From positions 62,001-126,000 of the forward strand of contig CAXKVF010000073.1 in assembly GCA_964057225.1 (NCBI GenBank): a DNA stretch of 64,000 nucleotides, written 5' to 3'. The notes under the pieces are model-generated. The model saw nothing but the letters and a program-made list of their open reading frames with translations. It searched no databases and was not told the origin of the DNA. Made by a program: the position numbers and the translations under genes. Positions within the stretch are counted from its first letter, which is position 1. Each line of letters starts with the position of its first letter. Shown here piece by piece: positions 53,038-64,000 of this stretch. The DNA comes from Auanema rhodensis (Eukaryota; Animalia; Nematoda).

Positions 53038-56029
53038 GTTCACGTAAATTTCAAAGTCATGGTTACCATGAACCAATATCAATAAAAATTTGTTTTTAGA
53101 CTAATATGGACATGGGGAATCTAATTTTGAAAACCGCATCTCTTTATCTTTCACGTGAAGCGAGTTACATACCAAGTGCACATCACGTGTACATTTAATT
53201 AGCATAAATTAAAGTTCACGTAAATTTCAAAGTCATGGTTACCATGAACCAATATCAATAAAAATTTGTTTTTAGACTAATATGGACATGGGGAATCTAA
53301 TTTTGAAAACCGCATTTCTTTATCTTTCACGTGAAGCGAGTTACATACCAAGTGCACATCACGTGTACATTTAATTAGCATAAATTAAAGTTCACGTAAA
53401 TTTCAAAGTCATGGTTACCATGAACCAATATCAATAAAAATTTGTTTTTAGACTAATATGGACATGGGGAATCTAATTTTGAAAACCGCATCTCTTTATC
53501 TTTCACGTGAAGCGAGTTACATACCAAGTGCACATCACGTGTACATTTAATTAGCATAAATTAAAGTTCACGTAAATTTCAAAGTCATGGTTACCATGCA
53601 CCAATATCAATAAAAATTTGTTTTTAGACTAATATGGACATGGGGAATCTAATTTTGAAAACCGCATCTCTTTATCTTTCACGTGAAGCGAGTTACATAC
53701 CAAGTGCACATCACGTGTACATTTAATTAGCATAAATTAAAGTTCACGTAAATTTCAAAGTCATGGTTACCATGAACCAATATCAATAAAAATTTGTTTT
53801 TAGACTAATATGGACATGGGGAATCTAATTTTGAAAACCGCATCTCTTTATCTTTCACGTGAAGCGAGTTACATACCAAGTGCACATCACGTGTACATTT
53901 AATTAGCATAAATTAAAGTTCACGTAAATTTCAAAGTCATGGTTACCATGAACCAATATCAATAAAAATTTGTTTTTAGACTAATATGGACATGGGGAAT
54001 CTAATTTTGAAAACCGCATCTCTTTATCTTTCACGTGAAGCGAGTTACATACCAAGTGCACATCACGTGTACATTTAATTAGCATAAATTAAAGTTCACG
54101 TAAACTTCAAAGTCATGGTTACCATGAAGCAATATCAATAAAAATTTGTTTTTAGACTAATATGGACATGGGGAATCTAATTTTGAAAACCGCATCTCTT
54201 TATCTTTCACGTGAAGCGAGTTACATACCAAGTGCACATCACGTGTACATTTAATTAGCATAAATTAAAGTTCACGTAAATTTCAAAGTCATGGTTACCA
54301 TGAACCAATATCAATAAAAATTTGTTTTTAGACTAATATGGACATGGGGAATCTAATTTTGAAAACCGCATCTCTTTATCTTTCACGTGAAGCGAGTTAC
54401 ATACCAAGTGCACATCACGTGTACATTTAATTAGCATAAATTAAAGTTCACGTAAATTTCAAAGTCATGGTTACCATGCACCAATATCAATAAAAATTTG
54501 TTTTTAGACTAATATGGACATGGGGAATCTAATTTTGAAAACCGCATCTCTTTATCTTTCACGTGAAGCGAGTTACATACCAAGTGCACATCACGTGTAC
54601 ATTTAATTAGCATAAATTAAAGTTCACGTAAATTTCAAAGTCATGGTTACCATGAACCAATATCAATAAAAATTTGTTTTTAGACTAATATGGACATGGG
54701 GAATCTAATTTTGAAAACCGCATCTCTTTATCTTTCACGTGAAGCGAGTTACATACCAAGTGCACATCACGTGTACATTTAATTAGCATAAATTAAAGTT
54801 CACGTAAACTTCAAAGTCATGGTTACCATGAAGCAATATCAATAAAAATTTGTTTTTAGACTAATATGGACATGGGGAATCTAATTTTGAAAACCGCATC
54901 TCTTTATCTTTCACGTGAAGCGAGTTACATACCAAGTGCACATCACGTGTACATTTAATTAGCATAAATTAAAGTTCACGTAAATTTCAAAGTCATGGTT
55001 ACCATGAAGCAATATCAATAAAAATTTGTTTTTAGACTAATATGGACATGGGGAATCTAATTTTGAAAACCGCATCTCTTTATCTTTCACGTGAAGCGAG
55101 TTACATACCAAGTGCACATCACGTGTACATTTAATTAGCATAAATTAAAGTTCACGTAAATTTCAAAGTCATGGTTACCATGAACCAATATCAATAAAAA
55201 TTTGTTTTTAGACTAATATGGACATGGGGAATCTAATTTTGAAAACCGCATTTCTTTATCTTTCACGTGAAGCGAGTTACATACCAAGTGCACATCACGT
55301 GTACATTTAATTAGCATAAATTAAAGTTCACGTAAACTTCAAAGTCATGGTTACCATGAAGCAATATCAATAAAAATTTGTTTTTAGACTAATATGGACA
55401 TGGGGAATCTAATTTTGAAAACCGCATCTCTTTATCTTTCACGTGAAGCGAGTTACATACCAAGTGCACATCACGTGTACATTTAATTAGCATAAATTAA
55501 AGTTCACGTAAATTTCAAAGTCATGGTTACCATGAACCAATATCAATAAAAATTTGTTTTTAGACTAATATGGACATGGGGAATCTAATTTTGTAAACCG
55601 CATCTCTTTATCTTTCACGTGAAGCGAGTTACATACCAAGTGCACATCACGTGTACATTTAATTAGCATAAATTAAAGTTCACGTAAATTTCAAAGTCAT
55701 GGTTACCATGAACCAATATCAATAAAAATTTGTTTTTAGACTAATATGGACATGGGGAATCTAATTTTGAAAACCGCATCTCTTTATCTTTCACGTGAAG
55801 CGAGTTACATACCAAGTGCACATCACGTGTACATTTAATTAGCATAAATTAAAGTTCACGTAAATTTCAAAGTCATGGTTACCATGAACCAATATCAATA
55901 AAAATTTGTTTTTAGACTAATATGGACATGGGGAATCTAATTTTGAAAACCGCATCTCTTTATCTTTCACGTGAAGCGAGTTACATACCAAGTGCACATC
56001 ACGTGTACATTTAATTAGCATAAATTAAA

Positions 56030-58845
56030 GTTCACGTAAACTTCAAAGTCATGGTTACCATGAAGCAATATCAATAAAAATTTGTTTTTAGACTAATATG
56101 GACATGGGGAATCTAATTTTGAAAACCGCATCTCTTTATCTTTCACGTGAAGCGAGTTACATACCAAGTGCACATCACGTGTACATTTAATTAGCATAAA
56201 TTAAAGTTCACGTAAATTTCAAAGTCATGGTTACCATGAAGCAATATCAATAAAAATTTGTTTTTAGACTAATATGGACATGGGGAATCTAATTTTGAAA
56301 ACCGCATCTCTTTATCTTTCACGTGAAGCGAGTTACATACCAAGTGCACATCACGTGTACATTTAATTAGCATAAATTAAAGTTCACGTAAATTTCAAAG
56401 TCATGGTTACCATGAACCAATATCAATAAAAATTTGTTTTTAGACTAATATGGACATGGGGAATCTAATTTTGAAAACCGCATTTCTTTATCTTTCACGT
56501 GAAGCGAGTTACATACCAAGTGCACATCACGTGTACATTTAATTAGCATAAATTAAAGTTCACGTAAACTTCAAAGTCATGGTTACCATGAAGCAATATC
56601 AATAAAAATTTGTTTTTAGACTAATATGGACATGGGGAATCTAATTTTGAAAACCGCATCTCTTTATCTTTCACGTGAAGCGAGTTACATACCAAGTGCA
56701 CATCACGTGTACATTTAATTAGCATAAATTAAAGTTCACGTAAATTTCAAAGTCATGGTTACCAAGAAGCAATATCAATAAAAATTTGTTTTTAGACTAA
56801 TATGGACATGGGGAATCTAATTTTGAAAACCGCATCTCTTTATCTTTCACGTGAAGCGAGTTACATACCAAGTGCACATCACGTGTACATTTAATTAGCA
56901 TAAATTAAAGTTCACGTAAATTTCAAAGTCATGGTTACCATGAACCAATATCAATAAAAATTTGTTATTAGACTAATATGGACATGGGGAATCTAATTTT
57001 GAAAACCGCATTTCTTTATCTTTCACGTGAAGCGAGTTACATACCAAGTGCACATCACGTGTACATTTAATTAGCATAAATTAAAGTTCACGTAAATTTC
57101 AAAGTCATGGTTACCATGAACCAATATCAATAAAAATTTGTTTTTAGACTAATATGGACATGGGGAATCTAATTTTGAAAACCGCATCTCTTTATCTTTC
57201 ACGTGAAGCGAGTTACATACCAAGTGCACATCACGTGTACATTTAATTAGCATAAATTAAAGTTCACGTAAATTTCAAAGTCATGGTTACCATGAACCAA
57301 TATCAATAAAAATTTGTTTTTAGACTAATATGGACATGGGGAATCTAATTTTGAAAACCGCATCTCTTTATCTTTCACGTGAAGCGAGTTACATACCAAG
57401 TGCACATCACGTGTACATTTAATTAGCATAAATTAAAGTTCACGTAAACTTCAAAGTCATGGTTACCATGAAGCAATATCAATAAAAATTTGTTTTTAGA
57501 CTAATATGGACATGGGGAATCTAATTTTGAAAACCGCATCTCTTTATCTTTCACGTGAAGCGAGTTACATACCAAGTGCACATCACGTGTACATTTAATT
57601 AGCATAAATTAAAGTTCACGTAAATTTCAAAGTCATGGTTACCATGAAGCAATATCAATAAAAATTTGTTTTTAGACTAATATGGACATGGGGAATCTAA
57701 TTTTGAAAACCGCATCTCTTTATCTTTCACGTGAAGCGAGTTACATACCAAGTGCACATCACGTGTACATTTAATTAGCATAAATTAAAGTTCACGTAAA
57801 TTTCAAAGTCATGGTTACCATGAACCAATATCAATAAAAATTTGTTTTTAGACTAATATGGACATGGGGAATCTAATTTTGAAAACCGCATTTCTTTATC
57901 TTTCACGTGAAGCGAGTTACATACCAAGTGCACATCACGTGTACATTTAATTAGCATAAATTAAAGTTCACGTAAACTTCAAAGTCATGGTTACCATGAA
58001 GCAATATCAATAAAAATTTGTTTTTAGACTAATATGGACATGGGGAATCTAATTTTGAAAACCGCATCTCTTTATCTTTCACGTGAAGCGAGTTACATAC
58101 CAAGTGCACATCACGTGTACATTTAATTAGCATAAATTAAAGTTCACGTAAATTTCAAAGTCATGGTTACCATGAAGCAATATCAATAAAAATTTGTTTT
58201 TAGACTAATATGGACATGGGGAATCTAATTTTGAAAACCGCATCACTTTATCTTTCACGTGAAGCGAGTTACATACCAAGTGCACATCACGTGTACATTT
58301 AATTAGCATAAATTAAAGTTCACGTAAATTTCAAAGTCATGGTTACCATGAACCAATATCAATAAAAATTTGTTTTTAGACTAATATGGACATGGGGAAT
58401 CTAATTTTGAAAACCGCATTCCTTTATCTTTCACGTGAAGCGAGTTACATACCAAGTGCACATCACGTGTACATTTAATTAGCATAAATTAAAGTTCACG
58501 TAAATTTCAAAGTCATGGTTACCATGAACCAATATCAATAAAAATTTGTTTTTAGACTAATATGGACATGGGGAATCTAATTTTGAAAACCGCATCTCTT
58601 TATCTTTCACGTGAAGCGAGTTACATACCAAGTGCACATCACGTGTACATTTAATTAGCATAAATTAAAGTTCACGTAAATTTCAAAGTCATGGTTACCA
58701 TGAACCAATATCAATAAAAATTTGTTTTTAGACTAATATGGACATGGGGAATCTAATTTTGAAAACCGCATCTCTTTATCTTTCACGTGAAGCGAGTTAC
58801 ATACCAAGTGCACATCACGTGTACATTTAATTAGCATAAATTAAA
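56030..58845 (+). repeat. 8-monomer duplication containing a duplicated trimer
   Basis: [AAACTTC-G, G, A-CATTT] x2 plus A,A at 56030-57437 and again at 57438-58845, with a few private SNPs in each copy. Confidence 0.75.
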
Positions 58846-60077
58846 GTTCACGTAAATTTCAAAGTCATGGTTACCATGAACCAATATCAATAAAAATTTG
58901 TTTTTAGACTAATATGGACATGGGGAATCTAATTTTGAAAACCGCATCTCTTTATCTTTCACGTGAAGCGAGTTACATACCAAGTGCACATCACGTGTAC
59001 ATTTAATTAGCATAAATTAAAGTTCACGTAAATTTCAAAGTCATGGTTACCATGAACCAATATCAATAAAAATTTGTTTTTAGACTAATATGGACATGGG
59101 GAATCTAATTTTGAAAACCGCATCTCTTTATCTTTCACGTGAAGCGAGTTACATACCAAGTGCACATCACGTGTACATTTAATTAGCATAAATTAAAGTT
59201 CACGTAAATTTCAAAGTCATGGTTACCATGAACCAATATCAATAAAAATTTGTTTTTAGACTAATATGGACATGGGGAATCTAATTTTGAAAACCGCATT
59301 TCTTTATCTTTCACGTGAAGCGAGTTACATACCAAGTGCACATCACGTGTACATTTGATTAGCATAAATTAAAGTTCACGTAAATTTCAAAGTCATGGTT
59401 ACCATGAACCAATATCAATAAAAATTTGTTTTTAGACTAATATGGACATGGGGAATCTAATTTTGAAAACCGCATTTCTTTATCTTTCACGTGAAGCGAG
59501 TTACATACCAAGTGCACATCACGTGTACATTTAATTAGCATAAATTAAAGTTCACGTAAATTTCAAAGTCATGGTTACCATGCACCAATATCAATAAAAA
59601 TTTGTTTTTAGACTAATATGGACATGGGGAATCTAATTTTGAAAACCGCATCTCTTTATCTTTCACGTGAAGCGAGTTACATACCAAGTGCACATCACGT
59701 GTACATTTAATTAGCATAAATTAAAGTTCACGTAAATTTCAAAGTCATGGTTACCATGAACCAATATCAATAAAAATTTGTTTTTAGACTAATATGGACA
59801 TGGGGAATCTAATTTTGAAAACCGCATCTCTTTATCTTTCACGTGAAGCGAGTTACATACCAAGTGCACATCACGTGTACATTTAATTAGCATAAATTAA
59901 AGTTCACGTAAATTTCAAAGTCATGGTTACCATGAACCAATATCAATAAAAATTTGTTTTTAGACTAATATGGACATGGGGAATCTAATTTTGAAAACCG
60001 CATCTCTTTATCTTTCACGTGAAGCGAGTTACATACCAAGTGCACATCACGTGTACATTTAATTAGCATAAATTAAA

Positions 60078-63000
60078 GTTCACGTAAACTTCAAAGTCAT
60101 GGTTACCATGAAGCAATATCAATAAAAATTTGTTTTTAGACTAAGATGGACATGGGGAATCTAATTTTGAAAACCGCATCTCTTTATCTTTCACGTGAAG
60201 CGAGTTACATACCAAGTGCACATCACGTGTACATTTAATTAGCATAAATTAAAGTTCACGTAAATTTCAAAGTCATGGTTACCATGAACCAATATCAATA
60301 AAAATTTGTTTTTAGACTAATATGGACATGGGGAATCTAATTTTGAAAACCGCATCTCTTTATCTTTCACGTGAAGCGAGTTACATACCAAGTGCACATC
60401 ACGTGTACATTTAATTAGCATAAATTAAAGTTCACGTAAACTTCAAAGTCATGGTTACCATGAAGCAATATCAATAAAAATTTGTTTTTAGACTAAGATG
60501 GACATGGGGAATCTAATTTTGAAAACCGCATCTCTTTATCTTTCACGTGAAGCGAGTTACATACCAAGTGCACATCACGTGTACATTTAATTAGCATAAA
60601 TTAAAGTTCACGTAAATTTCAAAGTCATGGTTACCATGAACCAATATCAATAAAAATTTGTTTTTAGACTAATATGGACATGGGGAATCTAATTTTGAAA
60701 ACCGCATCTCTTTATCTTTCACGTGAAGCGAGTTACATACCAAGTGCACATCACGTGTACATTTAATTAGCATAAATTAAAGTTCACGTAAATTTCAAAG
60801 TCATGGTTACCATGAAGCAATATCAATAAAAATTTGTTTTTAGACTAATATGGACATGGGGAATCTAATTTTGAAAACCGCATCTCTTTATCTTTCACGT
60901 GAAGCGAGTTACATACCAAGTGCACATCACGTGTACATTTAATTAGCATAAATTAAAGTTCACGTAAATTTCAAAGTCATGGTTACCATGAACCAATATC
61001 AATAAAAATTTGTTTTTAGACTAATATGGACATGGGGAATCTAATTTTGAAAACCGCATCTCTTTATCTTTCACGTGAAGCGAGTTACATACCAAGTGCA
61101 CATCACGTGTACATTTAATTAGCATAAATTAAAGTTCACGTAAATTTCAAAGTCATGGTTACCATGAAGCAATATCAATAAAAATTTGTTTTTAGACTAA
61201 TATGGACATGGGGAATCTAATTTTGAAAACCGCATCTCTTTATCTTTCACGTGAAGCGAGTTACATACCAAGTGCACATCACGTGTACATTTAATTAGCA
61301 TAAATTAAAGTTCACGTAAATTTCAAAGTCATGGTTACCATGAAGCAATATCAATAAAAATTTGTTTTTAGACTAATATGGACATGGGGAATCTAATTTT
61401 GAAAACCGCATCTCTTTATCTTTCACGTGAAGCGAGTTACATACCAAGTGCACATCACGTGTACATTTAATTAGCATAAATTAAAGTTCACGTAAATTTC
61501 AAAGTCATGGTTACCATGAAGCAATATCAATAAAAATTTGTTTTTAGACTAAGATGGACATGGGGAATCTAATTTTGAAAACCGCATCTCTTTATCTTTC
61601 ACGTGAAGCGAGTTACATACCAAGTGCACATCACGTGTACATTTAATTAGCATAAATTAAAGTTCACGTAAATTTCAAAGTCATGGTTACCATGAACCAA
61701 TATCAATAAAAATTTGTTTTTAGACTAATATGGACATGGGGAATCTAATTTTGAAAACCGCATCTCTTTATCTTTCACGTGAAGCGAGTTACATACCAAG
61801 TGCACATCACGTGTACATTTAATTAGCATAAATTAAAGTTCACGTAAATTTCAAAGTCATGGTTACCATGAAGCAATATCAATAAAAATTTGTTTTTAGA
61901 CTAAGATGGACATGGGGAATCTAATTTTGAAAACCGCATCTCTTTATCTTTCACGTGAAGCGAGTTACATACCAAGTGCACATCACGTGTACATTTAATT
62001 AGCATAAATTAAAGTTCACGTAAATTTCAAAGTCATGGTTACCATGAACCAATATCAATAAAAATTTGTTTTTAGACTAATATGGACATGGGGAATCTAA
62101 TTTTGAAAACCGCATCTCTTTATCTTTCACGTGAAGCGAGTTACATACCAAGTGCACATCACGTGTACATTTAATTAGCATAAATTAAAGTTCACGTAAA
62201 TTTCAAAGTCATGGTTACCATGAAGCAATATCAATAAAAATTTGTTTTTAGACTAATATGGACATGGGGAATCTAATTTTGAAAACCGCATCTCTTTATC
62301 TTTCACGTGAAGCGAGTTACATACCAAGTGCACATCACGTGTACATTTAATTAGCATAAATTAAAGTTCACGTAAATTTCAAAGTCATGGTTACCATGAA
62401 CCAATATCAATAAAAATTTGTTTTTAGACTAATATGGACATGGGGAATCTAAATTTGAAAACCGCATCTCTTTATCTTTCACGTGAAGCGAGTTACATAC
62501 CAAGTGCACATCACGTGTACATTTAATTAGCATAAATTAAAGTTCACGTAAATTTCAAAGTCATGGTTACCATGAAGCAATATCAATAAAAATTTGTTTT
62601 TAGACTAATATGGACATGGGGAATCTAATTTTGAAAACCGCATCTCTTTATCTTTCACGTGAAGCGAGTTACATACCAAGTGCACATCACGTGTACATTT
62701 AATTAGCATAAATTAAAGTTCACGTAAATTTCAAAGTCATGGTTACCATGAAGCAATATCAATAAAAATTTGTTTTTAGACTAAGATGGACATGGGGAAT
62801 CTAATTTTGAAAACCGCATCTCTTTATCTTTCACGTGAAGCGAGTTACATACCAAGTGCACATCACGTGTACATTTAATTAGCATAAATTAAAGTTCACG
62901 TAAATTTCAAAGTCATGGTTACCATGAACCAATATCAATAAAAATTTGTTTTTAGACTAATATGGACATGGGGAATCTAATTTTGAAAACCGCATCTCTT

Positions 63001-63421
63001 TATCTTTCACGTGAAGCGAGTTACATACCAAGTGCACATCACGTGTACATTTAATTAGCATAAATTAAAGTTCACGTAAATTTCAAAGTCATGGTTACCA
63101 TGAAGCAATATCAATAAAAATTTGTTTTTAGACTAAGATGGACATGGGGAATCTAATTTTGAAAACCGCATCTCTTTATCTTTCACGTGAAGCGAGTTAC
63201 ATACCAAGTGCACATCACGTGTACATTTAATTAGCATAAATTAAAGTTCACGTAAATTTCAAAGTCATGGTTACCATGAACCAATATCAATAAAAATTTG
63301 TTTTTAGACTAATATGGACATGGGGAATCTAATTTTGAAAACCGCATCTCTTTATCTTTCACGTGAAGCGAGTTACATACCAAGTGCACATCACGTGTAC
63401 ATTTAATTAGCATAAATTAAA
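60078..63421 (+). repeat. Dimer-like (352 bp) G/A alternating domain
   Basis: CTAAGATGG G-type units are each followed by an A-type unit at 60078, 60430, 61486, 61838, 62718 and 63070. Confidence 0.75.
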
Positions 63422-64000
63422 GTTCACGTAAATTTCAAAGTCATGGTTACCATGAACCAATATCAATAAAAATTTGTTTTTAGACTAATATGGACATGGG
63501 GAATCTAATTTTGAAAACCGCATCTCTTTATCTTTCACGTGAAGCGAGTTACATACCAAGTGCACATCACGCGTACATTTAATTAGCATAAATTAAAGTT
63601 CACGTAAATTTCAAAGTCATGGTTACCATGAAGCAATATCAATAAAAATTTGTTTTTAGACTAATATGGACATGGGGAATCTAATTTTGAAAACCGCATC
63701 TCTTTATCTTTCACGTGAAGCGAGTTACATACCAAGTGCACATCACGTGTACATTTAATTAGCATAAATTAAAGTTCACGTAAATTTCAAAGTCATGGTT
63801 ACCATGAAGCAATATCAATAAAAATTTGTTTTTAGACTAATATGGACATGGGGAATCTAATTTTGAAAACCGCATCTCTTTATCTTTCACGTGAAGCGAG
63901 TTACATACCAAGTGCACATCACGTGTACATTTAATTAGCATAAATTAAAGTTCACGTAAATTTCAAAGTCATGGTTACCATGAACCAATATCAATAAAAA

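Larger units (their letters stand above)
1..64000. repeat. Tandem satellite DNA array, 176-bp monomer, ~364 copies, single orientation; candidate centromeric/pericentromeric satellite
   Basis: GTTCACGTAAATTTC... recurs at 1, 177, 353, 529 and so on through 63950. The 176-bp register shifts only at six indels (~1461, ~3051, ~6632, ~32320, ~34171, ~42922). No unique sequence is present and the array runs off both ends. The array is directly seen; the centromeric role is inferred from monomer size, AT richness and homogeneity. Confidence 0.99.

Noticed and set aside
1-64000. CRISPR-like array
   Set aside because: There are no unique spacers, the whole 176 bp is repeated, and no cas genes are present.
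1-64000. The A/C/G monomer-type string as an information-bearing code or a single global HOR
   Set aside because: The order is adequately explained by local duplications of varying length, and no period persists beyond 2-3 copies.

Overview
The whole 64 kb window is one uninterrupted head-to-tail satellite array with a 176-bp, AT-rich monomer (~32% GC by my count). There are about 364 units plus a 51-bp partial unit at the end, all in one orientation. Consensus = positions 1-176: GTTCACGTAAATTTCAAAGTCATGGTTACCATGAACCAATATCAATAAAAATTTGTTTTTAGACTAATATGGACATGGGGAATCTAATTTTGAAAACCGCATCTCTTTATCTTTCACGTGAAGCGAGTTACATACCAAGTGCACATCACGTGTACATTTAATTAGCATAAATTAAA. Most units differ from it at only 0-3 positions. 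I see no genes, RNA genes, transposon insertions, inversions or CRISPR spacers. The five 60-aa ORFs are artefacts of one SNP that removes a stop codon. Size, composition and homogeneity fit a eukaryotic centromeric or pericentromeric satellite (inference). I could not assign the family or species. The informative structure lies at two scales. (1) Within the monomer: dense dyad symmetries, two CACGTG E-boxes and a trace of an ancestral ~32-33 bp subrepeat. (2) Across monomers: rare SNPs mark local tandem block duplications of 2, 3, 4, 7, 8 and 10 monomers (nascent, non-uniform higher-order repeats), nested duplications, a chimeric junction monomer, a left-to-right allele gradient, a locally expanded palindrome-creating multi-base variant, and one 113-bp deletion. 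I found no evidence for a novel protein-coding system. All counts were made by eye and need computational confirmation.
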